DNA of 64,000 nucleotides, from contig JBBDMM010000004.1 in NCBI GenBank assembly GCA_040878325.1, positions 1 through 64,000 on the forward strand. Reading direction: 5' to 3'. The notes below the pieces were generated by a model that saw only the letters and a program-made list of their open reading frames with translations, made no database searches and was not told the DNA's origin. Origin of the DNA: Acidimicrobiia bacterium. Lineage in GTDB: Bacteria; Actinomycetota; Acidimicrobiia; Spongiisociales; UBA11373. The translations under genes and the position numbers were made by a program. The stretch's first letter is position 1. Each line of letters starts with the position of its first letter. Below are positions 1 to 9,626 of this stretch, in pieces.

Positions 1-55
1 GTCCTGATGGACATAGACCGTCTACAAACCGTCAACGATGTCCTGATGGTTCTCC

Positions 56-105
56 CGTATTGCGTATTGCGAATTGCGAATTGCGGGCCGAGCGAAGCGA
101 GGCCC
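56..105. repeat. Heptamer array (TGCGWAT)x~4 followed by GGGCC-GAGCGAAGCGA-GGCCC hairpin
   Basis: cgtat tgcgtat tgcgaat tgcgaat tgcg at 56-85; hairpin at 85-105, just past the tldE stop. Confidence 0.9.
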
Positions 106-107
106 CT

Positions 108-1439
108 CTACCCTTCCGTTCCCCCCGTGAAGTGCCAGCTGGCGAGACGCATCGACGGGGCCCGCACGAAGCCGGCTCCGAACTCGGAGTCCGCGTATCG
201 GGTGTCGTCGCCGAGGCCGAGCACGTTGCCGTCCCCGAGGGCCGCCACGAACGATTGGGTGAAACGGAGGCCGGTGAGCGCCCCGGTGATCTTGCCGTTC
301 TCGATCATGAAGGTGCCGTTGCGGGTAAGCCCGGTGACCACCTGAGTCTTCGGGTCGAGGATCCGGCAGTAGTTGAAGGTTGCGACGTAGATGCCCCGGT
401 CGACCGCGGCGATCAAATCCTCCACGCTCTCACTGCCTCCGCCGACGACGAGGTCGGCGGCCACCGGCCCCCACACCGCGCTTTGCGGGTGTGCGTGCCC
501 GGTCGATTCGGCGCCTGCCGTCTTGGCGCTGCGCCGGTCGTGGGCCACTCCCGAAGTGACCCCATTTGCCACCAACTCGAGCTGACGCTTGGGCGTCCCC
601 TCGGTGTCGAAGGGCACTCCCAGGCCACCCTTCGACAGCGGATCGTCGGTGATCATGATCCGCGGGCCGAACTGCGCCTTGCCGAGCTCCACGAAGGACT
701 GGCCCTCGTTGACGGCCTTGCCGGAGAAGCCATAGACGGAGAGGAAGATCACGATCGACGCCACGCACTCCGGCGACAGCACCACTTCGTAGTCGCCGGG
801 CTTGGTGTCGTACGCGTTCATTCCCATCCGGGCGCGTTCGGCTGCCAGAGTGCCGGCGGCGCCACCGTCGATGTCACCGATGGATACAGAAGTCTGGTGG
901 GCTGAACCGGCACTCTCGCCGGTCTGGTGGATGCCATCGATCGAAGCCCGGGTGTCGTCGGCGGTGGCCTCCTGGCCCGCCGAGTTGACGAACGACCGCT
1001 CGTTGAACGAGGTGTCGCAGTACCCGGCCGCGCTCAGGCCCTCGCCCGCATCGATGAAGTCACGCACCAGTGAGGCCCGCTGCTCCGGGACCACGTCGGT
1101 GGTGCCGGGATCGACATGGCGGATCTTGGGCACCTTCGCCTTTGGCGCGATCCCGGGCCACTCCTCGTCTCGAGGCTGCAACGACGCTGCTTCGAGCGCA
1201 CCGTCGACCAACCGCTTCAAGGAGGCGTCATCGACCCGATTGCCCTGCAGCGCGGCAACCCGCCCATCGGCCGCGACCCGCAACCACACCTCGACCGTGT
1301 CCTCGCTGACGTTCTGGTGGATGAACGAGTTGGCGAACCGGGTGAGCGCCTGCCGGCCGGTCGTGGCGACCGCCTCGGCCTCGGCGCGATCGCCCACCAT
1401 TTCGATGACCCGCCGGGCGATGTCGAGTGATTTGGTCAT
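108..1439 (-). CDS. pmbA: TldE/PmbA family metalloprotease partner subunit
   Basis: LTRFANSFIHQN, PFDTEG, GLTRNGTFMIENG motifs; no HExxxH; start MTKSL overlaps the tldD stop. Confidence 0.85.
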   Translation of the reverse strand: MTKSLDIARRVIEMVGDRAEAEAVATTGRQALTRFANSFIHQNVSEDTVEVWLRVAADGRVAALQGNRVDDASLKRLVDGALEAASLQPRDEEWPGIAPKAKVPKIRHVDPGTTDVVPEQRASLVRDFIDAGEGLSAAGYCDTSFNERSFVNSAGQEATADDTRASIDGIHQTGESAGSAHQTSVSIGDIDGGAAGTLAAERARMGMNAYDTKPGDYEVVLSPECVASIVIFLSVYGFSGKAVNEGQSFVELGKAQFGPRIMITDDPLSKGGLGVPFDTEGTPKRQLELVANGVTSGVAHDRRSAKTAGAESTGHAHPQSAVWGPVAADLVVGGGSESVEDLIAAVDRGIYVATFNYCRILDPKTQVVTGLTRNGTFMIENGKITGALTGLRFTQSFVAALGDGNVLGLGDDTRYADSEFGAGFVRAPSMRLASWHFTGGTEG

Positions 1440-2875
1440 CCCCGCACCCCCACTCTCACGGTGCCGAACCGGCCGGGGCTTGCGCTGTGACCGGTGTGGG
1501 CCACCTGCATCGGCTGACCCTTGCCACAGTTCGGAGTGCCCCAGTGCACCCACTCCGATTCACCGGCGAGCATGTCGAGCTGCGCCCAGAACTTCGGCGT
1601 GATGCCGGTGTAGGTCGGGTTCTTGATCATCTTTCCCCGCTTCCCATTCTTGATCTCCCAGCCGATCTCGCAACCGAACTGGAAGTTGAGCCGCTTGTCG
1701 TCGATCGACCACGAGCGGTTCGTCGACATGAGGATTCCGTCCTCGGTCTCGGCGATCATCTCGTCGAGCGAGGAGTCACCGGGGAGCAGCCCCACGTTGG
1801 TCATCCGCACCATCGGCAGACGATTGAACCCGTCGGCCCGCACCATCCCGCCCGGGGGAAGGGACGCGATCGACGCCGAATCACGGCCCGAAAGCACGCC
1901 CACCCAAATTCCCTCGTCCACGATCGCAACCCGCTGTGCCGGAGTCCCTTCGTCGTCGTAACCGAAGCTCCCGAGCGCCCCGGGCAGGGTGGCGTCGGCG
2001 GTGATGTTCATCAAGGGCGACCCATACTTGTGGGTGCCCAGCTTCGGCAGTTCGAGGTGCGAGGTGCCGGCGAATGCCGCCTCCCACCCGAGGATGCGGT
2101 CGAGTTCGATGGCATGGCCCACCGACTCGTGGATCTGCAGTGCCAACTGGCTCCCCTCGAGAATCAGGGTCTCCTCGCCTTCGGGACAATCGGCGGCGCC
2201 AAGGAGCGCGGCGGCCTCCTCGGCGATGCGGCCGGCGTTGGCGGCGAAGTCCCAGCGGCGGATCACCTCGTACCCGCCGGTCTCGTACTGGCCGAACGAC
2301 TGCGGGTAGGACCGTCGCTGGGTTTCGGCCTCGCCCACCGCGGTGGCGGCGAAGCCACCGCCCGTCTCGACGAGGTGCTGGCTGATGCGATGGCCCTGCG
2401 AGGAGACGAACCACTTACGGGTGTCCCACGCACCGAGGGAGCCGCGGGCGAGTCGAATCTGATCGACGGCCTGCATCGTCTCGGTGACCCCGACGAGGAG
2501 GTCGACCTTCTCGGATAGGGAAACATCGAGGGAGGGCTCCTGATGCGGTGTCTCGTAGTTCGCCTGAACGACAGGGACATCGGCGAGAGGCATCGGGTCG
2601 CCAGGCGCGACAGCCGACGCCCTGGCGATCTGCGCGGCGCGCTCACCGGCATGGCGGAGCGCTGCGTCGGAGGTATCCGGGGTCGCGAAGAAGCCCCACG
2701 AGGATCCGACCAGAGCCCTGACCCCGACACCGGCGGATTCGTTGCGGTCGACGCTCTGAACCCGCCCATTGAGGACCTCGATGGCCTCCCCCCGGCCCTC
2801 GACGAACCGCGCATCGGCGTATTTGGCGCCGGCGGCCAGTGCCCCCTCGACTGCCTTCTCAGCTAGCTCGAACAA
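1436..2875 (-). CDS. tldD: TldD family metalloprotease
   Basis: HESVGH zinc motif, YDDEG, RMTN, C-terminal CGKGQP; TTG start with GAAGGGAG RBS. Confidence 0.9.
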   Translation of the reverse strand: MFELAEKAVEGALAAGAKYADARFVEGRGEAIEVLNGRVQSVDRNESAGVGVRALVGSSWGFFATPDTSDAALRHAGERAAQIARASAVAPGDPMPLADVPVVQANYETPHQEPSLDVSLSEKVDLLVGVTETMQAVDQIRLARGSLGAWDTRKWFVSSQGHRISQHLVETGGGFAATAVGEAETQRRSYPQSFGQYETGGYEVIRRWDFAANAGRIAEEAAALLGAADCPEGEETLILEGSQLALQIHESVGHAIELDRILGWEAAFAGTSHLELPKLGTHKYGSPLMNITADATLPGALGSFGYDDEGTPAQRVAIVDEGIWVGVLSGRDSASIASLPPGGMVRADGFNRLPMVRMTNVGLLPGDSSLDEMIAETEDGILMSTNRSWSIDDKRLNFQFGCEIGWEIKNGKRGKMIKNPTYTGITPKFWAQLDMLAGESEWVHWGTPNCGKGQPMQVAHTGHSASPGRFGTVRVGVRG

Positions 2876-2890
2876 GTGGACTCCCTTCGG

Positions 2891-2918
2891 AGAATCAAGT
2901 AGCAGGAATCAAGAATCA
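2891..2918. repeat. Degenerate heptamer array (AGAATCA)x4
   Basis: agaatca agtagca ggaatca agaatca between the ligase stop and the tldD RBS. Confidence 0.7.
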
Positions 2919-4052
2919 CAGTCCGGTTCTGGTGTCTGCGATCAACTCATCCACCACGTCACGCAAGGCCTCCTTGGGCTCTTTGCCTGACTCCAGGGAA
3001 GCACGGTAGATCGCCAATTGACGGTCCGCGCTGGTTCCGGTGACCACTATCCCGCGGGCACTATCGACAGCATCGGCGCAGCCGAGTTCGATCGCATCCT
3101 GGTGCACCAGGCCGATGATCTCCTCGACCAGGTCGGCATACGGCACCAGCTCCCCCTTGCCGAAGTCCATCAGACTCGCCTCGACGCCATAGCGCTGGGC
3201 CCTCCAGGTGTTCTCCGAGACCAGCATGTCGGCGTAGGCACGCCACCGCTGATTCTCGGACCGCCGGCGGAACAGCATCGCCAGGAGCGACTGGAACAGG
3301 GCAGCAATGGCGATGCCATCCTCGATCCGGGTACAGACATCGGCGATCCTCATCTCGATGGTCGGATACCGGGCCGAGGGGCGGACGTCCCACCACAACT
3401 TGGTGGCATCCTCGATGAGCCCGGCGTCGACGAGCACGGCAACGTGCCGCTCGTACTCCGCCCAGGACGAGAATTGCTCGGGGAGGCCAGTGCGGGGCAG
3501 CGAGTAGAAGACGCTCATCCGATACGACTTGAGCCCGGTCTCGACGCCATGCCAGAACGGGGACGACGTGCTCATGGCCAGTAGGTGCGGCAGAAAGTAC
3601 GTCACTTGATTCATGAGGTCGAGCCGCAACTCACGGTCCTCGATCCCCACATGTACGTGCATTCCGCAGATGACCAGCCGCCGCACCACCACCTGCAGGT
3701 CGCGCGCCATCGTGAGATACCGATCAGCCTCGGTGACCTGCTGGTCGGCCCAGTCGGCGAAGGGGTGGGTGGATGCGGCGATGAAGGCGATGCCGTGGCG
3801 GTCGACCACCTCGCACAGGGCGGCGCGGAGCCGCAGCAGGTCGGCCCGAGCGGTCGGCACGTCGGCACAGACTGCGGTCCCCACCTCGAGCTGCGCACGA
3901 AGGAATTCCGGGCTCACCTGGCTCCCGAGCACCTTGCGGCAATCTTCCAGCACCTGCTCCGGGGGGTTGCGCAAGAGATCCCTCGTCTCCGGATCGACGA
4001 GGAGGTACTCCTCTTCGATGCCGATGCTGAACGCGGGACGGCGGCGGGGCAT
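2916..4052 (-). CDS. Carboxylate-amine ligase (YbdK/GCS2 glutamate-cysteine ligase family)
   Basis: IGIEEEYLLVD, GMHVHVG, SSPFW, WWDVRP, TIEMRIAD motifs; start MPRRR. Confidence 0.9.
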   Translation of the reverse strand: MPRRRPAFSIGIEEEYLLVDPETRDLLRNPPEQVLEDCRKVLGSQVSPEFLRAQLEVGTAVCADVPTARADLLRLRAALCEVVDRHGIAFIAASTHPFADWADQQVTEADRYLTMARDLQVVVRRLVICGMHVHVGIEDRELRLDLMNQVTYFLPHLLAMSTSSPFWHGVETGLKSYRMSVFYSLPRTGLPEQFSSWAEYERHVAVLVDAGLIEDATKLWWDVRPSARYPTIEMRIADVCTRIEDGIAIAALFQSLLAMLFRRRSENQRWRAYADMLVSENTWRAQRYGVEASLMDFGKGELVPYADLVEEIIGLVHQDAIELGCADAVDSARGIVVTGTSADRQLAIYRASLESGKEPKEALRDVVDELIADTRTGL

Positions 4053-4119
4053 GGTGCGGAACGATACCCACCAGTGCCTGCGGTTAACGATGCGGCCCGC
4101 ATTTCGGTAGCGTTCGCCC

Positions 4120-5202
4120 ATGACCGATCGCACAGCTCTTGACCGCATTGCCGACTGGGTCCAGGCGGAAGAAGATCTCACCCTCGACGACCACGGTCGA
4201 ATCGTCGTCGGTGACGAGATGATCATCGAGGTCGAAACGGACGAAGACCGCCTGCTGCTGACCCATCGCTCGCTGGAACCGGTGGCCACCCCCGAGCGGA
4301 TCGCCGAGCTGCGATCACTACTTCCCGGGCGGGCCACGACGATGACCGGCGAGGTCGCGCCAGTCGAGTCGGGCACGGCCGTCCACTTGACCAATCGCGT
4401 ATACCTGGACGGCCTGAATCACCAGACGTTTGCGACCGCCCTCCGCGATCTGGTTGGGGCGGTCGACGCCCTGGCGATCGATCACACGCCCCACGAACCG
4501 GCCGAGCCGGTTGTGGCGAAGTCGACGGCCGAGGTACCGATGGAGCCCGAGCCGACCCGCGTGATGGATCCGGTGTGGATCGCGACGCACGCCGTGCCGG
4601 CGGGGGGGATGCCCGCATGGCCCGAGCCGAATCCGGAGCTCCAGCCCACCGCCATGCTCGAGGCCAGGGTCAGGTTGTCGATTGCCGAACGGCGCGGCGA
4701 CTGGGCACGAGTGGTCGGATCGAACGGGTGGACCGGCTGGGTCGATGCCCGCCGAATCGCACCGCTGGCTGCCGCCGAACCTGCAGCAGTCACTCCCGCC
4801 ACGGCGGGGGGTTCCAGGCCGGTGAACCCCCTGCTGCTCGCCGGCGCGTTCTTCACGGCACTGTCGGCGCTGCTGCCGTGGCTCCAGGACGGTCGCAACT
4901 CGATGGAGCTGACCCTTGGCTTTCTATGGGACTTCGAGGCCGAGGGAGCGCCGTACATCGGGTGGGTGCTGATCGGACTCGCTGCCCTCGTGCTCGGCAC
5001 CGCGTTCCTCAAGCGTCCCTTGGGCCCGGCAGTGCTTCTCGGAATCCTCACCGTCGCGGTGGCAGGCCTGTTCGTGGCCCAGTTGTACCGAGCCCTCGAG
5101 CAAGGCGGCGGTGGATTCGACGATCTGAAGGAGATCGTCGGATGGGCGCCCGGGGTGACCCTCGGCGCCGGGATTTTGACTCTGATCGGCGGCACCCGAT
5201 AG
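4120..5202 (+). CDS. Hypothetical membrane protein with SH3-like domain
   Basis: ERRGDWARVVGSNGWTGWVD SH3b-like segment; four C-terminal hydrophobic helices; TAGCGT -10 box 6 nt upstream. Confidence 0.7.
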   Translation: MTDRTALDRIADWVQAEEDLTLDDHGRIVVGDEMIIEVETDEDRLLLTHRSLEPVATPERIAELRSLLPGRATTMTGEVAPVESGTAVHLTNRVYLDGLNHQTFATALRDLVGAVDALAIDHTPHEPAEPVVAKSTAEVPMEPEPTRVMDPVWIATHAVPAGGMPAWPEPNPELQPTAMLEARVRLSIAERRGDWARVVGSNGWTGWVDARRIAPLAAAEPAAVTPATAGGSRPVNPLLLAGAFFTALSALLPWLQDGRNSMELTLGFLWDFEAEGAPYIGWVLIGLAALVLGTAFLKRPLGPAVLLGILTVAVAGLFVAQLYRALEQGGGGFDDLKEIVGWAPGVTLGAGILTLIGGTR

Positions 5203-5209
5203 CCCCCCG

Positions 5210-5977
5210 ATGACGAGCTGGGACCCGGCGCAGTACGACCGGTACGCCGGGGAACGGCTGCGGCCGGCACTCGACCTCATCGCCCGGATCCCTATCGCTC
5301 CACGATCGATCTGGGACCTCGGGTGCGGGACCGGGTCGATCACCGCGCTGCTGGCGAAGCGGTGGCCCGAAGCCACGGTTGGCGGGCTCGATTCCTCACC
5401 CACCATGCTCGGTCGGGCCCGGGAGATACCTGGCATCGAATGGCGGCTCGCCGACATCGCGTCGTGGGAACCCGAACAGCCTCCGGAACTGATCTTCTCG
5501 AATGCCGCGCTGCACTGGCTCGACGACCACGCCACGCTGCTGCCACGTCTTGCCGCGCAGGTGGCCCCCGGTGGGGTGCTCGCCGTTCAGATGCCCCGGA
5601 ACTTCGACGAGCCCTCGCACGCCCTCCTCGCGGCGACGGCTGCTTCGAGCCGGTGGCGGGAGGCTGTCGGCCACTTGGTCCGCCCGGCCCCTGTTGCCGA
5701 GCCGGCCGAATACCACCACCTCCTCTCCGGTCGGTTCGCAACGCTGGACATTTGGGAGACCGTCTACTTCCAGGTCCTCGAGGGCGAGGACCCGGTCGCC
5801 GAGTGGGCTCGGGGCACCGCCGCCCGCCCCTACCTCGACGCGCTCGACGGCCACGGCGAAGAGTTCATGGAGGATTACGCGTCCCGCCTGCGCCGGGCGT
5901 ACCCGCGAAGTGACGATGGAACGACACTCTTCCCATTCCGTCGGCTGTTCCTCATCGGAGTTGGCCCGATCGGCTGA
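5210..5977 (+). CDS. tam: Trans-aconitate 2-methyltransferase-like SAM methyltransferase
   Basis: WDPAQY..ERLRPALDL, DLGCGTG, SNAALHW, LAVQMP, FPFRRLF. Confidence 0.85.
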   Translation: MTSWDPAQYDRYAGERLRPALDLIARIPIAPRSIWDLGCGTGSITALLAKRWPEATVGGLDSSPTMLGRAREIPGIEWRLADIASWEPEQPPELIFSNAALHWLDDHATLLPRLAAQVAPGGVLAVQMPRNFDEPSHALLAATAASSRWREAVGHLVRPAPVAEPAEYHHLLSGRFATLDIWETVYFQVLEGEDPVAEWARGTAARPYLDALDGHGEEFMEDYASRLRRAYPRSDDGTTLFPFRRLFLIGVGPIG

Positions 5978-6025
5978 CGAAGCCCCCAGCGTTGATCGCG
6001 GGCATCCCTAGTGTGAACGGAGGTC

Positions 6026-7948
6026 ATGCGCCTCCGCACCCTGCTCCGCCCGCTGCTCGCCCTCGCGCTCCTCACCGGGGCGTGCTCACGGGGCGGGCTC
6101 AGCCCCGACTCGGTTGGCACTTCCACCACTCCGGCGAACACCACGACGGCTCAAGCCAATCCCGATGACCTGGCCGCTGCGGTCGCGACGGCCGAAGGCT
6201 TCTACCTGGCAATCGGCTCGGGTGACCTCAGTGCCGCCGCGGCGTTCTCGAGCGCCTCGACCGAGGACATCTCGTCCGCGGTCGCTGCATGGAACAACGA
6301 ACTCGCACTCGACTCGGCCACGTTCGAGATCGGCGCCGTTGATCTCGCCGGCGACACAGCCACAGTCGAAGTGACGGTGTTCCTCCGCTCGGCGTCGTTC
6401 GGCGAATGGGAGTACACCACGACCGCCGCCCTCACCCGGACGGTCGGGTGGCAGATCGACTGGTCTCCGGGGGCGCTCCATCCGGATCTCGAAGCCGGTG
6501 ATCGGCTGGAGGTGGTCGCCGAGTGGCCCCGGCGCGGGGCGATTCTGGCGGGCGACGGCGTGCCCCTGGCTTATCAGGGCCCGGTCCACGTGATCGGCGT
6601 CGTCCCCCAATGGATCGAGGATCTGGACGAGGTCACCCAACTGTTGGAGGTGCTCGCCGGTATCCCTCCGTCCGCGGTCGTCGCGGAGATCGAACGGCCT
6701 GGCGTCCAACCGGACTGGTTCCTGCCGGTGGGGACCATCGATGCGGCGAGAGTCGGTGATGCAGCCACCCTTGCCGCGACGCCGGGGGTCATCCTTCAGG
6801 ACGGGGTCGCCCGAATCCTGCCGTCGGGCGATCTCGCCGATCACATCGTCGGCAAGGTGGCACCCATCACCCTCGACCAACTGACCGCGTGGGGCCGGCC
6901 CTACAAAGTCGGGGACTTGGTGGGCCGCTCCGGACTCGAGTTGGCGCTCGAACCCGTCCTCGCCGGATCCCCCGACCTGCGGGTGGTCAGGATCAACCGA
7001 TACGGTCGCGAGGTGGCGGAGCTACTTCTTGTCGCCGGCCGCCCCGCAGCCGATGTGAGAACCACCCTCGATCTCCGAGCGCAGCGACTCACTGAACGAG
7101 CCATCGCCCGCGTCGAACTTCCGGCAGCGATCGTGCTGGTCGACGTTGCCACCGGCGGAGTGGTCGCTTCGGCCAGCAGCCCCGACGACGGGATCGACCG
7201 TGCCCTGTTTGGCCTCTACCCACCGGGCTCCTCCTTCAAGGTGGTCACCGCGGCGGCTCTGCTGGCCACCGGACTCACTCCGGGCTCCCCGGTCGAGTGC
7301 CCGGCCGAGGTGTTCGTGGGCGGGCTCCGGATTGGCAACGCAGGGGACCTCGACCTGGGAAGCATCGACCTCCAGACCGCCCTGGCCGAGTCCTGTAACA
7401 CCACCTTCGCCGCAATGGCGGCGGACTTGTTGGCGGGCGGAGCGCTGGCAGCGACGGCCCGGGGCTCGTTCGGATTCGACACCGGATACGAGGTAGGACT
7501 CCCCGCAGCAACCTCCCGCTTCCCCGATCCCGCCGACTCCGCCGAACTCGGTGCCCAGGCAATGGGCCAGGGCCGGGTGCTGGTGACCCCGATCCATCAG
7601 GCGTCCGTCGCCGCCGCCGTCGCCGGTTCCGGGTGGCTCGCTCCGACGCTGCTGGCCGACCTCGCCGGCCGAGTGCGGATACCGCTCGATGCGACGGTGC
7701 AAGCGAGTCTGGCGTCGATGATGCGGCTCTCGGTCTCCGACGGCACCGCCCAGCAGGCAGACGTGCCGGGACGCCAGGTTGCGGGAAAGACCGGGTCAGC
7801 CGAGTTCGACGACACCGGATCGACCCACGCCTGGTTCATCGGCTTCTGGGACGACTACGCCATCGCGGTGGTCGTCGAGGGAGGCGGTTCAGGGGGGCAA
7901 GTGGCAGCACCGATCGCCGCCGAACTGATCGAGCTACTCGGGGACTGA
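6026..7948 (+). CDS. Penicillin-binding transpeptidase lipoprotein
   Basis: Lipobox-like LTGAC; SSFK, SCN and KTG active-site motifs. Confidence 0.9.
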   Translation: MRLRTLLRPLLALALLTGACSRGGLSPDSVGTSTTPANTTTAQANPDDLAAAVATAEGFYLAIGSGDLSAAAAFSSASTEDISSAVAAWNNELALDSATFEIGAVDLAGDTATVEVTVFLRSASFGEWEYTTTAALTRTVGWQIDWSPGALHPDLEAGDRLEVVAEWPRRGAILAGDGVPLAYQGPVHVIGVVPQWIEDLDEVTQLLEVLAGIPPSAVVAEIERPGVQPDWFLPVGTIDAARVGDAATLAATPGVILQDGVARILPSGDLADHIVGKVAPITLDQLTAWGRPYKVGDLVGRSGLELALEPVLAGSPDLRVVRINRYGREVAELLLVAGRPAADVRTTLDLRAQRLTERAIARVELPAAIVLVDVATGGVVASASSPDDGIDRALFGLYPPGSSFKVVTAAALLATGLTPGSPVECPAEVFVGGLRIGNAGDLDLGSIDLQTALAESCNTTFAAMAADLLAGGALAATARGSFGFDTGYEVGLPAATSRFPDPADSAELGAQAMGQGRVLVTPIHQASVAAAVAGSGWLAPTLLADLAGRVRIPLDATVQASLASMMRLSVSDGTAQQADVPGRQVAGKTGSAEFDDTGSTHAWFIGFWDDYAIAVVVEGGGSGGQVAAPIAAELIELLGD

Positions 7949-7981
7949 CGCCGGGTTCGCTCACCCCCTAAGGTCGGCGGC

Positions 7982-8512
7982 ATGCCATCCACCTCCGACT
8001 CGTTCTATTCGGCCATCCGGTCGCTCCGGGTGGTGCGAGCCTTTCGGCCCGACCCGATTCCCGGTGAAGTGCTCGATGAGATTCTCGAGGCGGGGCGCTG
8101 GACCGGTTCATCGAAGAACCGGCAGGGTTGGGCATTCATCGTCGTCGTAGACGAACGCGACCGTCTGGCATCGGCCGGAAGCTTCACCGACCCCATCCGC
8201 TCCTCGGTGGCCACCATCGCCCTGGTCCGCACCGATGAGGGGAACGACTTCGACATTGGCCGGATCGCCCAGAACCTGATGCTGGCGGCCGCCTCTCGCG
8301 GAATCGGGTCCTGCCCCATCACGCTTCACGACACGGCCCGGGCACGCGAGGTGCTCGGAATTCCGTCGGAGGCCGAATGCCGTTATGCCATCGCCCTCGG
8401 CTATCCCGATGAGGAACGCGAGCGCGCCGTGCGAGCTGAGCGGCGGGCGCAGGGGTTCACGGGAAGAAAACCCATCGAGCAGATCGTGCATCGTGAGGTG
8501 TGGGGAAGCTAG
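7982..8512 (+). CDS. Nitroreductase family protein
   Basis: RVVRAF..GRWTGSSKNRQGW; DIGRIAQNLMLAA..GIGSC; ALGYP. Confidence 0.9.
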   Translation: MPSTSDSFYSAIRSLRVVRAFRPDPIPGEVLDEILEAGRWTGSSKNRQGWAFIVVVDERDRLASAGSFTDPIRSSVATIALVRTDEGNDFDIGRIAQNLMLAAASRGIGSCPITLHDTARAREVLGIPSEAECRYAIALGYPDEERERAVRAERRAQGFTGRKPIEQIVHREVWGS

Positions 8513-8521
8513 GCAGGCCTC

Positions 8522-9217
8522 TCAACCTCTTCGAACCGACACCATTTCGGCGACGATCGACACGGCTATCTCCTCCGGGGTGACCCCTCCGATGCCCAGG
8601 CCGACCGGGCCGTGGATTCGATCGATGTCCTCTTTGGAGAAGCCTTCCGTCGACAAGCGCTCGATCCGGGCGATGTGAGTTCGCATCGATCCGAGGGCCC
8701 CGATGTAGCGGGCGGGGGTACGAAGCAGGGCGGGCATCAGCTCGGCCTCGAACCGTGCCTCGTGCAGCAGTGAGACCACATAGGTCGCCGCGTCAGGGGC
8801 CCACTCCGCAAGCAATTCGCCCGGCCAACCGACCTTCACCGCAATGGCTGCCGGAAAGCGCGACTCCCGGGCAAAGGCGGGCCGGGGGTCACCCACCTGG
8901 ATTTCGAAGCCGACCATGGCAGCCATCGCACACAACGCCTCGGCGATTGGCCCGGCGCCGAACACGAGGAGCCGAGGGGGCGGAGAGATCGCTTCGACAA
9001 AGAACTCCCCCGTCTCGGTGGTGACAGTGCCCGACCGACCCCGGCCTAGAAGGTCGACGGCTCGAACCTTGACTTCGTCGGGGATCTCGAACCTGCCCGC
9101 CAGTACTTCCCCGGACGCGCTCAGCAGCACGCGATCGCCGCTCGCGAGGCCCGTGACCAGCGCGCCCGCCCGGCGATGCTCCAGCAGGTCGCGGGCGGCG
9201 TCGAGCGGGTCGATCAC
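8522..9217 (-). CDS. XdhC family protein, C-terminal (Rossmann) part
   Basis: LLVFGAG, YIGALGS, IHGPVGLGIGGVTPEEIAVSI; GTG start overlaps the upstream stop. Confidence 0.85.
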   Translation of the reverse strand: MIDPLDAARDLLEHRRAGALVTGLASGDRVLLSASGEVLAGRFEIPDEVKVRAVDLLGRGRSGTVTTETGEFFVEAISPPPRLLVFGAGPIAEALCAMAAMVGFEIQVGDPRPAFARESRFPAAIAVKVGWPGELLAEWAPDAATYVVSLLHEARFEAELMPALLRTPARYIGALGSMRTHIARIERLSTEGFSKEDIDRIHGPVGLGIGGVTPEEIAVSIVAEMVSVRRG

Positions 9218-9528
9218 CAACGTTCGACGAGCACCCGGATCGTCCCCCCACATGCCAGACCAACCTCGAAGGCCTCTTCGTCGGTGATGCCGTAGGTGAG
9301 CACCCTGGGTTCTCCGCTCCGAGCTACGTGTTCCGCCTGCGCAATGACGTCGCTCTCGACACAGCCCCCACTCACCGATCCCGCCACCTCTCCATCGCCG
9401 GCCATGAGCATTCGGGATCCCGGCGGACGAGGCGCGGTGCCTTCGACCGAAATCACCGTGGCCGACACGACAGACCTCCCCTCTGCCCGCCACCGATCAC
9501 GGGTGGCGAGATCTGCAAGAAGACTCAT
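9214..9528 (-). CDS. XdhC/CoxI family protein, N-terminal part
   Basis: GTAPRPPGS, GSVSGGCVE, VGLACGGTI; leaderless TACTCT box. Confidence 0.85.
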   Translation of the reverse strand: MSLLADLATRDRWRAEGRSVVSATVISVEGTAPRPPGSRMLMAGDGEVAGSVSGGCVESDVIAQAEHVARSGEPRVLTYGITDEEAFEVGLACGGTIRVLVERW

Positions 9529-9626
9529 TGCCGAAGAGTACGCCTCCGCACGCCGGGAGCCCCCGACAACGCCGATCTCACCCGCCGCCCTAGTCTCTGC
9601 CTCCACCCCTCCCATCGCTGGTTCAA

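Noticed and set aside
1..49. Direct repeat GTCCTGATGG at 1-10 and 40-49
   Set aside because: Only two copies at the window edge; a possible operator or repeat remnant that cannot be evaluated.
8522..9528. Selenocysteine UGA read-through joining ORFs (checked at the XdhC split and other TGA stops by eye)
   Set aside because: Downstream parts are in different frames or the proteins are already complete; no Cys-aligned UGA was noticed.
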